This document shows, piece after piece, positions 27,210 to 36,922 of a stretch of 64,000 nucleotides of DNA. Origin of the DNA: a virus; IMG/VR virus record IMGVR_UViG_641522639_000001, positions 2,857 through 66,856 of that record; one strand, written 5' to 3'. Position 1 is the stretch's first letter. The number at the start of each line of letters is the position of its first letter. A program made the translations under genes and the position numbers. Below the pieces are notes generated by a model, which saw only the letters and a program-made list of their open reading frames with translations, was not told the origin of the DNA and did not search any database.

Positions 27210-27656
27210 ATGAACGTCAACTCGGAGTCTGCCGATGCTGGAGTCAAAGAAACTATAATTGTAGTTGTTGGTATTGTAATTGCCTGTGGGTCTAACAATT
27301 TGGTTTGACCAGACGATCTGCCAAACCTAATCGCTTCCGTCGGGGCCACTCTCGGTGATCTCGGAAAGCCTGAGGCGCCCCCAGTTGAGGAGACGCCGAA
27401 GGTGACCCCGGCCCAGGTCAGAAGGTCCATCACGCCGGACGCTCTGATCAGCTTCATCGACGCAAAGTCGTACAAATCGATGAAGCAGCACCTCACGAGG
27501 CAAGGTTTGACGTCAGCCGAGTATCGACAGAGGTACGATTTGCCCAGAGACTACCCAATGGTAGCGCCAAATTACGCGGCCCAGCGCTCTGAACTCGCCA
27601 AGAGCATAGGCCTTGGGGTCCGTCGTCGAGGAGGAGCAAAGGATAAGCCTAAGTAG
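27210..27656 (+). pseudogene. mucR: MucR/Ros copy 2, in-frame TGA at 27306-27308
   Basis: SNNLV*PDDLPNLIASV...SFIDAKSYKSMKQHL...YPMVAPNYAAQRSELAK in one frame. Confidence 0.8.
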
Positions 27657-27893
27657 TTCGTGCACCCCGATACGCTCGCCCCTCCCGCCAGCGCGAGCGC
27701 GGGAGGAGAAAGATGGCCGAGAGTGATCGATCCCTGCTCTGCGTACCAAAAGAAGTCCAAAGATAGAGAGAGAACATAACGGCTACATGCCGCAGTCGTG
27801 TGGCAACGATTGCTATCGCACTTGACTTTTCCAACTCGATTGCCGATCCAGCGCGCTTACATGCCGTTCAAAGCTACAACAGAGGTAGCCGAT

Positions 27894-28316
27894 ATGAGAG
27901 AGAAGGTTTGCGGCGCTGACGCGGTCGAGCTGACAGCTGCGATCGTCGCCGCCTACGTGTCGAAAAACGCGACCCCGGTCGCCGACCTGCCGGGGCTGAT
28001 CGCCTCCGTGAACGGCGCGCTAAACCAGCTCTCCGCGCCGCCAGCCGCTGAGCCCGCGCCGCTGGTCCCGCCGGTGCCGATCAAGAAGACGGTGACGCCG
28101 GACTACATCATCAGCCTTGAGGACGGTAAACCCTACAAGTCGCTCAAGCGACACCTCGGCATCCGCGGTCTAACCCCGGACGAATACCGGAAGAAGTGGG
28201 GCCTTCCGCACGGCTACCCGATGGTAGCCGCGAACTACGCCGCTAAGCGCTCTGAACTCGCCAAGAGCCTCGCCCTCGGCCAGTCTCGCCGCCCCGCGAG
28301 CAGCGAGGGCAGGTAG
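27894..28316 (+). CDS. mucR: MucR/Ros family regulator, copy 3
   Basis: ELTAAIVAAYVSKN and SLEDGKPYKSLKRHL...YPMVAANYAAKRSELAK. Confidence 0.92.
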   Translation: MREKVCGADAVELTAAIVAAYVSKNATPVADLPGLIASVNGALNQLSAPPAAEPAPLVPPVPIKKTVTPDYIISLEDGKPYKSLKRHLGIRGLTPDEYRKKWGLPHGYPMVAANYAAKRSELAKSLALGQSRRPASSEGR

Positions 28317-28524
28317 CGCCGCGCCCGCCTGCTCGTTGGCGGTGCCGCGGTCCGCCTCCGGGGCTGTCGGCCGGATCGGCGAAGTCACCGTGACCTCGAC
28401 GCCGTCTTCCTTCCGCGAGCAAGGCGTGAAAACCGTACTGCAGAGCCCCATCTGCGGCCCGCACGACAATCGACCAATGACATAGTGTAGACGTACTTCG
28501 ATGCCGGGGCGCGCTCGCGGGATC

Positions 28525-29127
28525 TCAGCCCGCCAAGGCCTTGCCGCACGCGGGGCAGAGGTTCGGCGTGACCCGGGCGTCGGTCGCGCCCGGCTTCGGC
28601 GCCGCACGGGCGGCGACCAGCGCAGCCTCGACCGCCTCGGCGGAGATGAGCGCCTTGTTCAGCCCGTCCCCCGCGTAGAAGGACTGGCCGCGTGCAACGT
28701 CGCGCTTGAAGCCGGTCGTCGGGGCGAGGACCGGGAAGCTCGCCCACTCCTGGGCGAGCGCCAGCCCGAAGGCGACGTCGGTCAGCTTGCCGGCCGCCCA
28801 CTTCTCGTAGCCGCGCCGCTTCAGCAAGTGGAACCCCAGCTGATCCTGAAGATCAGGCGAGAACTGTTCCTTGCCGGAGAGGCCAAGTTCCCTGACGAGC
28901 CCCTGAAGGGTCGCCTTCATGAACTGGTATCTGCCGGCTGCACTGGAGCCGAAGCGGTTCGTCCAGGCCGTTCCGCTCGCGATCACGTCCGCGATCGTCA
29001 TCTGAACCAGCGGCGTCGGGAGTTTGCGCTGGTTATTGCCGTAGATGGTGCCGTACCCCTCCGGCGCCTCCTTCGAGGCGATGAAGTCGAGCAGGCGCGC
29101 CGCGGGGGCGGGGATGGACTGGTCCAT
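28525..29127 (-). CDS. Endolysin, lysozyme-like fold (lambda R/GH104-like)
   Basis: LLDFIASKEA..GY, SSAAGRYQF, FSPDLQDQL and LAQEWASFP. Confidence 0.88.
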   Translation of the reverse strand: MDQSIPAPAARLLDFIASKEAPEGYGTIYGNNQRKLPTPLVQMTIADVIASGTAWTNRFGSSAAGRYQFMKATLQGLVRELGLSGKEQFSPDLQDQLGFHLLKRRGYEKWAAGKLTDVAFGLALAQEWASFPVLAPTTGFKRDVARGQSFYAGDGLNKALISAEAVEAALVAARAAPKPGATDARVTPNLCPACGKALAG

Positions 29128-29244
29128 GGACAGCCTCGGGATCAGGGGGGCCGGGAGGGCGGGGGAGGCCCGGCCGAGAGCGCCGGGCCGATCGAAAGGG
29201 GGCGCCCGCCAGCAGCACCGCGAGCGCCAGGGCGGGCGCGGTCA

Positions 29245-29472
29245 TCACCGGGCGCCCTTGCCGCGCTGGACGGTCACGAAGCGGACGGTCAGGCCCCTCA
29301 GGGCCTTGGGGTCCGCGCTCGCCAGCAGCGTCTCCCCCTCGCCCAGGCAGACGGCCGGGCTCGCGGCCCCGCAGGGACGGGAGAGCTGGTCAAGGGCGAC
29401 CTCGGGGGTGCAGGCATCGATCGGCGTCCCGGCCGCGCAGACCAGGGCGACCAGAAGAAGGGCTGACGGCAT
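29245..29472 (-). CDS. Small exported Cys-containing protein upstream of the endolysin
   Basis: Hydrophobic N-terminus and four Cys. Confidence 0.5.
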   Translation of the reverse strand: MPSALLLVALVCAAGTPIDACTPEVALDQLSRPCGAASPAVCLGEGETLLASADPKALRGLTVRFVTVQRGKGAR

Positions 29473-29496
29473 GGGGACCTCCGGGCAGCGGGCAGC

Positions 29497-29518
29497 AAAA
29501 AGCCGCCCGGAGGCGGCT
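29497..29518 (-). terminator. Rho-independent terminator after the tail-fibre genes
   Basis: AGCCGCC-TCCG-GGCGGCT-TTTT on the minus strand. Confidence 0.7.
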
Positions 29519-29545
29519 GTGAGGGCGGGGGGATGGGACGGGCGG

Positions 29546-29827
29546 TTAGCTCGCGAAGAGGGCGGCGAGGTCAGCCTCGGCGTCGGACGCCACCCGGGCG
29601 CGGATCGGCGCCAGGGCCGCCTCGACCTGGGCGAAGAGGGCGTCGGCCTTGGCCGCCTCGGCCGGCTGGTAGACGGCGAGCGTCCCCATCCCGCCGACGC
29701 GGACCTCGATCGGGACGTCCGTGACGCCGGGGCCGGGGTAGCCCGCCGTGGCCTTGACCACGGTCAGGCCGGAGATGATCTGCTGCGCCCGCTGCTGGAT
29801 GGCGGTCGCCTGCTCGAACTTGGTCAT
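29546..29827 (-). CDS. Hypothetical protein downstream of the tail fibre
   Basis: Coupled to the fibre stop. Confidence 0.6.
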   Translation of the reverse strand: MTKFEQATAIQQRAQQIISGLTVVKATAGYPGPGVTDVPIEVRVGGMGTLAVYQPAEAAKADALFAQVEAALAPIRARVASDAEADLAALFAS

Positions 29828-32800
29828 GGTCCTCTCTCCTTAGGTTGGCGGGTTTCGAGGGCGGCGAGGCGCGCTTCGAGGGCTGCGATGTGCGCCACCT
29901 GCCCCCCGATGAGGAGCAGGGCGAGCTGGTCGGGGCGGAAGCCGAAGCGGTCCCCGCCCTCCCATTCGTCGTGACAGACGAGGCCGTAGGCCCGCGGGTC
30001 GAGCCCGCGGGCCTCCGCCAGCGCGATCGCCCTCTGGACGGTCAGGCCGACGTGATGGCGCGCCCCGCCCCCCTTCTCTGCGACGGAGGAGAGGAAGCGG
30101 AAGGTTCCGATCTCGGACGCGAGATCCTGCGCCCACGCGACCTCGGCCGGGGCGAGCGGGGCGACCTCGGTCTTTTCCCGGGCGTCGGACGTGTTGATCG
30201 ACCCGACCTGGGCGTAGACCGTGCTCCAGGGGTTCGCGCTGCTGCCGAGGGTCAGCCCCCCGGCAGTGTTCGGGGTCAGGGCGGTCGTGGAGAGCCACAG
30301 CCGGTCCTGGGACCCGTCGTACCAGCGGAAAATCCCGCTGCTGCCGTACTGCGTCCAATTGATCGAGCCGCCGCCGCGGTCCTGCAGGTAGACGCCGGCC
30401 GTCGTGCCGAGTGCCGAGAGCAGGCCGGTCGCGCTGACCGCGCCGGCAAACGACGCGCCCGTAAGATCAGCCTTCGTCGGGTCGCGATAACCCTCGTGAA
30501 ATACCTTGTAAGCGACGGCACCCGCGGACCATCCTCCGACTTTCCAATAGTTATCGGCGTCGATCCCGAAGTAAGCGGCATAGTAACCGGAGCGGTGAAA
30601 CTGCATATACGCCGCATCGGTCGATGCGCCGTTGCTCTTGATTTCAAGGCGGGCGAGGCTCCCGCTCGAAGTCGCCATCGCGCCGGTCGTGCCCTGGAAG
30701 CTCGCCGTGCCGCCCGTGAAGTTGGCGGACGTGCTGAAGGTCACGAGGCCGGAGAACGAGGCCACCGCCGCCGACAACGCCGGGACAGCGAACGTCGAGC
30801 CGTTCCAGGACCAGACGCTTCCGTTGGTGGTATCCCAGACACCTACGGCAGTCGCGGTCGCGTACTGGTAGATAATCCGCGAGGTGCCAACCTGGGCGTT
30901 CCACGGGTGTTTCTCCGCGGAGCGCGCATCGAGAGCGATGATGTCCGACGCGCTGGACGAGATCGCCGCGGAGAGCGTGAGCCCGGTGAAGGTCGGGCTG
31001 CTCCCGGTGGTCAGGCCGGAGATGTCGGCCTGGGCCAGGGCGACCGCTCCAGTCTTCCCGGCCACGGACGTGACCGGGAAGGCGATCGAGGCGGTCCCGA
31101 CCGCCGTCACCAAGCCCTTGGCGTTGGCCGTGATGACCGGCACGACGGTCGTTGAGCCGAACGAGCCGACGTTGCTGTTGACGGTCGCCAGGGTCGTGGC
31201 GGCGGTCGCGTTCGCGGAGCCGTCGAAGCTGACCGACCAGGAGAGGTCCCCGGTCGCGGAGATGGACCGGGCCGCGGCCAGCTTGGTCGCCGTCGCGGCG
31301 TTGCCCGAGAGGGTGGCGACCAGCGTTCCGGCGACCGTGAACAGGCTGCCGTCCCAGGACCAGATGTTCCCCGAGGTCGAGTCGTAGACGCCGACCCCGC
31401 TCGCGGAAGCGTACTGGTAGACCTGCCTGCCGGCCGCGGTGGTCGCGAGCCAGAGGTTCTTGGCCGCCGCGGAGGCGTCGACCGAGAGGACGTTCGTGGC
31501 CGCCGTCGTCAGGGTCGCGCCGACCGTGAACGTGCTCCCGTTCCAGGCCCACACGGTCCCGGCCAGAGAGTCGTAGACCCCGGTCCCCGACGAGGACACG
31601 AAGGCATAGACGTTGCGCGAGGTGCCGGTCTGCGCGACCCAGGGGTGCTTCTCGGCGCTCCGGGCGTCGAGGGTCATCAGGTCGACCGCCGTGGTCGCGA
31701 TCGAGGCGGACAGGGACAGGCCCGTGAAGGTCGGGCTGTTGCCGGTGCCCAGCCCCAGGACCGTCGCGCCGGCCGCCGCGGAGGCGGCGGTCAGGACGGC
31801 CCGCCCGGGCGTGCTGCTATCCGTGATCGCCGTCGAGCCGATGGCGATGGCGGTGGCGCTCGCGGCCGTGACCAAGCCCTTGCCGTTCACGGTCAGGGCG
31901 ACGGAGGTCGAGGCCGAGCCGAAGCTCCCCGGGGCGCTGTTGACCGTCGCGAGGGTCGCCGCCGCGGAGGCGGCGGCCGACCCGTCGAACGACACGGACC
32001 AGGAGAGGTCCCCCGAGGCCGCGATCGAGCGCGGGGTGGCGAGCTTCGAGGCGGTGCTGGCGTTGCCCGAGAGGCTGCCGGTGATCGCGCCGCTCGCGGT
32101 CAGGCTCGTGACTGACACCGTCCCGGCGAGCGTGAAGGTGGTCCCGTCGTAGCCCCAGACGTTGCCGGAGGCGCTGTCGAAAACGCCGACGCCCGAGGCC
32201 GAGGCGTACTGGTAGACCTGTCGACCCGTGCCCGTGGTGGCGAGCCAGAGATTCTTCGCGGTCGCGGAGGCGTCCACGGACAGGACATTGACCGCGCTCG
32301 TGGTCAGCGTGCCGTTGACCGTGAAGGTCGAGCCGTTCCAGAACCAGACCGCCCCGGCAAGGCTGTCGTAGACGCCCGTGCCGGCGGAGCTGACGGTCGC
32401 GTAGATGTCCCGGCCGGTGGCGATCTGGGCCGTCCAGGGATGCCGCTCCGCGCTCCGGGCGTCCATTTGGAGCCCGTCCACGTAGCTGCTGACCAGCGGC
32501 CCGGACAGGTAGGCCCCCTGGAAGGAGGGCGCGTCCGTGGCCCCCAGGCCGAGCGCAGAGGCCCCCGCGGCCGCGCTGGCCGCGGTCAGGACAGCCCGGC
32601 CCGGGGCCGTGCTGTCCGTCACCTGCACCGCCGGGATCGCGACCGTGGCCGCGGCGGTGGCGTTCCCGGCCCCGTCGAAGGAGATGGACCAGGAGACATG
32701 CCCGGTGGCACTGATCGTGCGCGCGGTGGCGAGCTTGGTCGCGGTGTTCGCGTTTCCGGCGAGCGACCCGGAGAAGCTCCCGCTGATCGTCCCGGACGCG

Positions 32801-33939
32801 ACGAGGTTGACGACCGAGACGGTTCCCGCGAGCGCGAAGGTGGAGCCGTTCCAGCCCCAGACGCTGCCGGTCAGGGAGTCGTAGACGCCGACCCCGGCCG
32901 GGCCGGCATACTGGTAGACCTGTCGACCCGTCGCGGTCTGGGCGAGCCACAGGTTGACCGTCCGGCCCTGCGCGTCCGCCTTCAGCACGTCGACGGCGGG
33001 AGAGACGATGGTCGCGCCGACGTGGAACCCGGTCGCCGGGGTCCAGTACCAGACGTCGCCGTAGGTCGAGTCGTAGACCCCGACCGATGCCGCGCTGGCG
33101 AAGGCGTAGGTGTCCCGGCCCGCCGCGACGGTGACGACCCAGGGGTGGACCTCGTGCGCGGTCGCGTCCGCGCGGATGATGTCGACCGCACTCGAAGTGA
33201 GCGGGCCGGCCGCGCTGACCGCGTTCGCGGTCAGGACGCCGCCGACGATGAACTGGGTCCCGTTCCAGCCCCAGACGTTGCCCTGGAGGCTGTCGTAGAT
33301 CCCGACGCCGCTCGCGCCAACGTACTGGTAGGTATTCCGCCCGGCCGCGACGGTGGCGAGCCAGGGGTTCTTCGCGAGCGCGCTGGCGTCGATCGAGAGG
33401 ACGTTGACCGCGGGCGTCGTGAGGGAGCCCGTGACCGCGAAGGTCGAGCCGTCCCAGGCGTAGACGTTGCCCGCGAGGCTGTCGTAGACGCCCGTCCCGG
33501 TCGAGGCGACCCAGGCATAGATGTTCCGCCCGGTTCCGGTCTGCGCGACCCAGGGGTGACGCTCTCCGGTCCGCGCGTCGAACTCGAAGCCGTCGACGTA
33601 GGACGACACCAGGGGGCCCGAGAGGTAGGCGCCCCGGAATGCGGGCGCGTCCTCCGGGCCCAGGCCGAGGGCCGCCGCGCCGGCCGCCGCGTCCCCGGTC
33701 AGGACCGCGAGGCCGGACGGAGAGGCGTCCGCGATGTCGGCCGCGCGGGTCATGCCGGGCGGGCCGATCGGCCCGCGCTCGCCCGTGTCGCCCTTCTCGC
33801 CCCGCTCGCCAGGAGCGCCGGGCGGGCCGATCGGGCCCTGCTCCCCCTGTGGCCCGACCGGGCCGACGAAGCCGGGCGCGAACGGCTGCCCCGCCGCCCG
33901 GCCGGGAGCCGGGCGCGTGACAATGATCTCGGTGATCAC
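29824..33939 (-). CDS. Long tail fibre with collagen-like segment, nine knob-like repeats and a C-terminal S74 intramolecular chaperone
   Basis: G-X-Y triplets, repeated W..GR..Y...GVYDS..G.VW.WNGS.F units, and TSDAREK...RHHVG.TVQ...FGFRPDQL. Confidence 0.9.
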   Translation of the reverse strand: MITEIIVTRPAPGRAAGQPFAPGFVGPVGPQGEQGPIGPPGAPGERGEKGDTGERGPIGPPGMTRAADIADASPSGLAVLTGDAAAGAAALGLGPEDAPAFRGAYLSGPLVSSYVDGFEFDARTGERHPWVAQTGTGRNIYAWVASTGTGVYDSLAGNVYAWDGSTFAVTGSLTTPAVNVLSIDASALAKNPWLATVAAGRNTYQYVGASGVGIYDSLQGNVWGWNGTQFIVGGVLTANAVSAAGPLTSSAVDIIRADATAHEVHPWVVTVAAGRDTYAFASAASVGVYDSTYGDVWYWTPATGFHVGATIVSPAVDVLKADAQGRTVNLWLAQTATGRQVYQYAGPAGVGVYDSLTGSVWGWNGSTFALAGTVSVVNLVASGTISGSFSGSLAGNANTATKLATARTISATGHVSWSISFDGAGNATAAATVAIPAVQVTDSTAPGRAVLTAASAAAGASALGLGATDAPSFQGAYLSGPLVSSYVDGLQMDARSAERHPWTAQIATGRDIYATVSSAGTGVYDSLAGAVWFWNGSTFTVNGTLTTSAVNVLSVDASATAKNLWLATTGTGRQVYQYASASGVGVFDSASGNVWGYDGTTFTLAGTVSVTSLTASGAITGSLSGNASTASKLATPRSIAASGDLSWSVSFDGSAAASAAATLATVNSAPGSFGSASTSVALTVNGKGLVTAASATAIAIGSTAITDSSTPGRAVLTAASAAAGATVLGLGTGNSPTFTGLSLSASIATTAVDLMTLDARSAEKHPWVAQTGTSRNVYAFVSSSGTGVYDSLAGTVWAWNGSTFTVGATLTTAATNVLSVDASAAAKNLWLATTAAGRQVYQYASASGVGVYDSTSGNIWSWDGSLFTVAGTLVATLSGNAATATKLAAARSISATGDLSWSVSFDGSANATAATTLATVNSNVGSFGSTTVVPVITANAKGLVTAVGTASIAFPVTSVAGKTGAVALAQADISGLTTGSSPTFTGLTLSAAISSSASDIIALDARSAEKHPWNAQVGTSRIIYQYATATAVGVWDTTNGSVWSWNGSTFAVPALSAAVASFSGLVTFSTSANFTGGTASFQGTTGAMATSSGSLARLEIKSNGASTDAAYMQFHRSGYYAAYFGIDADNYWKVGGWSAGAVAYKVFHEGYRDPTKADLTGASFAGAVSATGLLSALGTTAGVYLQDRGGGSINWTQYGSSGIFRWYDGSQDRLWLSTTALTPNTAGGLTLGSSANPWSTVYAQVGSINTSDAREKTEVAPLAPAEVAWAQDLASEIGTFRFLSSVAEKGGGARHHVGLTVQRAIALAEARGLDPRAYGLVCHDEWEGGDRFGFRPDQLALLLIGGQVAHIAALEARLAALETRQPKERGP

Positions 33940-34328
33940 CTGTCGACGCCCCGCTCGATCGTGGCAGTGCCGTTGACGCAGCGGCGGGTCACCCCGTCGG
34001 CGAAGGCGCGAATGTCGAAGATGTAGGTCCCGGCCCGGCCCGAGCGCATCCGCGTGACGGGGCAGACGATCCCGAGCACGGTCCCGTCCCCGACGACCAG
34101 GAGGTCGACCCGCGGCACGCCGGTCGGGGTCGGGACGCCCGAGCTGGCAAGGTAGAAGTAGGCGGCCCCGTCGACCGACTCGCGCAAGGTCCCGCGGAAG
34201 GCCATCCCGGCGAGCGGGATCGGGGTGTTGTCGGCGTCGGGGAACTGAAGCGCGTCCCGCCAGTCCTCGTTGAGCGCCGTCGTGATCTTCGTGGTCAGAA
34301 GCGGCAGCTCAAGGATGCGGGTCGTCAT
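33936..34328 (-). CDS. Fibre/baseplate adaptor-like protein
   Basis: NEDW.DAL...IPLAG..FRG.LR...YIFDI pattern. Confidence 0.55.
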   Translation of the reverse strand: MTTRILELPLLTTKITTALNEDWRDALQFPDADNTPIPLAGMAFRGTLRESVDGAAYFYLASSGVPTPTGVPRVDLLVVGDGTVLGIVCPVTRMRSGRAGTYIFDIRAFADGVTRRCVNGTATIERGVDR

Positions 34329-34403
34329 GCTGGCCTCGTCGCGTGCGGATGGGCGCGCCGCCCGAGGGGCGGCGCGCGGGGTGCGGTGGCGGTCATGGCG
34401 GGG

Positions 34404-36368
34404 TCAGGGCGCGGCGGTGCCGACGTAGAGCCACGTTCCGTTGAGGTAGATCCAGAGCTTGTTGCCGGAGCTGTCGGCCTGGATGGGCGCGAACCCGGCC
34501 GGGATGCCGGTAGGCGTGCCAACGGGTGCCCCGGCGGTGACCGGGATCGCCGGCCAGCCGTCCGTCGAGGCCGGGGACATGCCCGAGCGCCCGAGGGCGA
34601 CCGCGCCGCCGTTGGGGTTGACCATCAGGGGGCGCGTCCCGGTCCCGGGCTTGGCGGCCTGGATCCAGGCATACGAGCCGGAGAGGACGCCCGCGAAGAT
34701 CGCGTCGTCGGTGCTCGCCCCGGACCCGACCCCGAACTGCGCGCAGGCCCCGCCGGCCTGCGCGTCGGAGAAGGGACGGGGCGAGCAGGCGACCGTCAGG
34801 TTGTTCGCCGGGCTCCGGGTGCCGAAGCCCGCGTTGCCGCCCATGTACGTCCAGTGCGCCCCCATGGCGTTGACGATCTGGTGCGAGCCCGTGGCCTGAT
34901 TGGAGATCGGTCCGGTCACGTTGCCCGAGAGGTCGGCTTCGACCGAGAAGAAATCGCTCGCTCCCGGAGCGATTTCGACCCCGTATTTCTGCGTCTCGAC
35001 GTTCGCGCTCATGCCGTAGACCGGCCCGACGCGGCCGCCCTTCAGGCTCCAATTGGAGACGCCGGGGGCGACGTAGAAACCGGAGTAAGTGTTCTCCGTC
35101 TTCCTTGAGTTGAAGCCGATCTGCATACTAGCCACGTCGACGTAGATACCGCCTTCGAGGCGGAACCCTTCGCCGCCGTTATTGATCGAGCGCCCGCCGA
35201 AGAAGCTGATCCCGCTCGTCTGTTGCGCGGTCCCCTTGACCCTGATGCCGGGGTATCCGGTCTGCTGACCGTTGGTCGCCACCCAGACGCCGTTGAACAT
35301 GAAGGTGGCGGCGACCCCGGTTCCCTGTGGGTCGATCAGGATACCTTCGTAGGAATTGGTGTCGATGTACGTATTGACGACATGAACGGCCTGTATGTTC
35401 TGCCCGTTCTGTGGGGTAATGAGGATGCCCCGCCCGTTGGACAGAACATCGCCGCCCGTGATCTGGACCCCGCCGCTGTGGCGGATCTCGACGCCGGCCC
35501 GGGACATCGACCCGATGGTCGGCCGGGTGACCATTACGTCGGCGGCGTAGGTGCCGAGGTCGTTGTATCCGATCCGAATGCCGACGTAGCCGCCGCCCGC
35601 CACGAGGTCCGTGATGCGGGTCAGGAAGGCGTTCGGGCCGCCGTAGATGTCCACACAGACGTAGACGTTGACCGCGCAGGCCACGTTCTCGATCTGCGTG
35701 TTGTAGCTGTTACGGAGAGCAATGTTCGCGCCGCTCGTCCGAGCAATGGACGACGTGAAGTTGATATTCCTGATCCGCGTATGCGCGGGAACGATCGATG
35801 GAGTGCCATCCCCCACCTTAATGACATCGCCGTCGAAGGTCGAATTGATGCACGAAGGGTTCATTCCCTCGCCATCTAGCGTGATATTGCTCTTGAGGAT
35901 CGAGAACGGCGCGGATAGCGCGTAGCAGTTCGTCTGGGACGGGAAGATGATCCGCCCGCCGTTGTTGCTGAACTTGGCGACCGCGCGGGCGAGCGCATTG
36001 TCGATCGTCGTCTCGCCCGGGAGGATGAAGTCGGAGATGTAGGTCGCCCGGCCCAGCAGCGTCTCGATGGTGTTGATCGCGGTGGCGCCGGCCGGCTTGG
36101 CGGAGAGGCCCGAGCAGTCGCCCGTCTCGATGCAGGTCTTGGCGGGCGCGATCGGGCGCAGCAGGGTCCCGTCCGCGAGGGAGCCGTCCGCGTTGCGATA
36201 ATAAAGCTTCCGGTCCGCGACGTTGATCGCGACCTCGGCCGTCCCGAGCGGATAGGCCCCGGTCAGGGCCGGGATCGCGCCCGGGGCCGTGTAGCGCCGC
36301 AGATCGGCCGCGTGCGCGGGCAGGCCCGCCGCGAGCGCGACGAGCGCCAGGAGAAGACGACGGAGCAT
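34404..36368 (-). CDS. Tailspike-like right-handed beta-helix polysaccharide depolymerase with apparent signal peptide
   Basis: DNAL.RAV..GG.IIFP...Y...I.LDGEG pectate-lyase-3 start, Asn/Gly/Ile coil repeats, and N-terminal AEVAINVADRKLY. Confidence 0.8.
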   Translation of the reverse strand: MLRRLLLALVALAAGLPAHAADLRRYTAPGAIPALTGAYPLGTAEVAINVADRKLYYRNADGSLADGTLLRPIAPAKTCIETGDCSGLSAKPAGATAINTIETLLGRATYISDFILPGETTIDNALARAVAKFSNNGGRIIFPSQTNCYALSAPFSILKSNITLDGEGMNPSCINSTFDGDVIKVGDGTPSIVPAHTRIRNINFTSSIARTSGANIALRNSYNTQIENVACAVNVYVCVDIYGGPNAFLTRITDLVAGGGYVGIRIGYNDLGTYAADVMVTRPTIGSMSRAGVEIRHSGGVQITGGDVLSNGRGILITPQNGQNIQAVHVVNTYIDTNSYEGILIDPQGTGVAATFMFNGVWVATNGQQTGYPGIRVKGTAQQTSGISFFGGRSINNGGEGFRLEGGIYVDVASMQIGFNSRKTENTYSGFYVAPGVSNWSLKGGRVGPVYGMSANVETQKYGVEIAPGASDFFSVEADLSGNVTGPISNQATGSHQIVNAMGAHWTYMGGNAGFGTRSPANNLTVACSPRPFSDAQAGGACAQFGVGSGASTDDAIFAGVLSGSYAWIQAAKPGTGTRPLMVNPNGGAVALGRSGMSPASTDGWPAIPVTAGAPVGTPTGIPAGFAPIQADSSGNKLWIYLNGTWLYVGTAAP

Positions 36369-36375
36369 GGAGCCC

Positions 36376-36879
36376 TCAGATGGCCGGGGGGTTCAGGACG
36401 AAGGTGGTCAGGACGCCGCCGCTCCGGGCGGCGAGCGTGAAGGTCGCCGGGGTGGTCGAGCTGTCCGCGATCAGCGCCCACTGCCCGTCCGCGAGGTCCG
36501 CGGGGGCCGGGGGCGCGGTCTTGGCGAGGACCTTGATGATCGGCGGCATCTGGTTGGCGAGGGCCTGGGCCAGACCCGCCTCGAAGACGGCCAGCGCCGC
36601 GGCGAGCGCGCCTCCGGGCCGCACCAGCCAGTTCTCGAAGGAGGTGGCCACCACGTCCCGGTTGTTCGCGCCCCGGATGGTGCGGATCAGGTCGCCGTCC
36701 TGCATGACCGGGACGGGCGGCGGCTGGGGCGGCTCGCGCCCGGTGGGCGCCACCGCCCCGAAGTCGACCTCGTACCGCGCCTCCTCGTCGGTCAGCGCGA
36801 TCTCCGAGCCGATCACTACCTCCTGGCCCGCGACCCAGCCGCCCGAGGCCGCCAGAACAGTGTAAAGCATCGTCGCCAT
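36376..36879 (-). CDS. Hypothetical tail-associated protein
   Basis: Late operon; N-terminus shared with 49615-49944. Confidence 0.6.
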   Translation of the reverse strand: MATMLYTVLAASGGWVAGQEVVIGSEIALTDEEARYEVDFGAVAPTGREPPQPPPVPVMQDGDLIRTIRGANNRDVVATSFENWLVRPGGALAAALAVFEAGLAQALANQMPPIIKVLAKTAPPAPADLADGQWALIADSSTTPATFTLAARSGGVLTTFVLNPPAI

Positions 36880-36922
36880 CGGAAACCCGTCAGGTAAGAG
36901 GCAGAGAGGCGCCCGGCGCGCC

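Noticed and set aside
29824-33939. CRISPR array or DGR template/variable repeats in the fibre region
   Set aside because: Repeats are in-frame protein repeats with synonymous divergence. There are no constant repeat-spacer units, no adenine-specific mismatch pair was noticed, and no reverse transcriptase is in the window.
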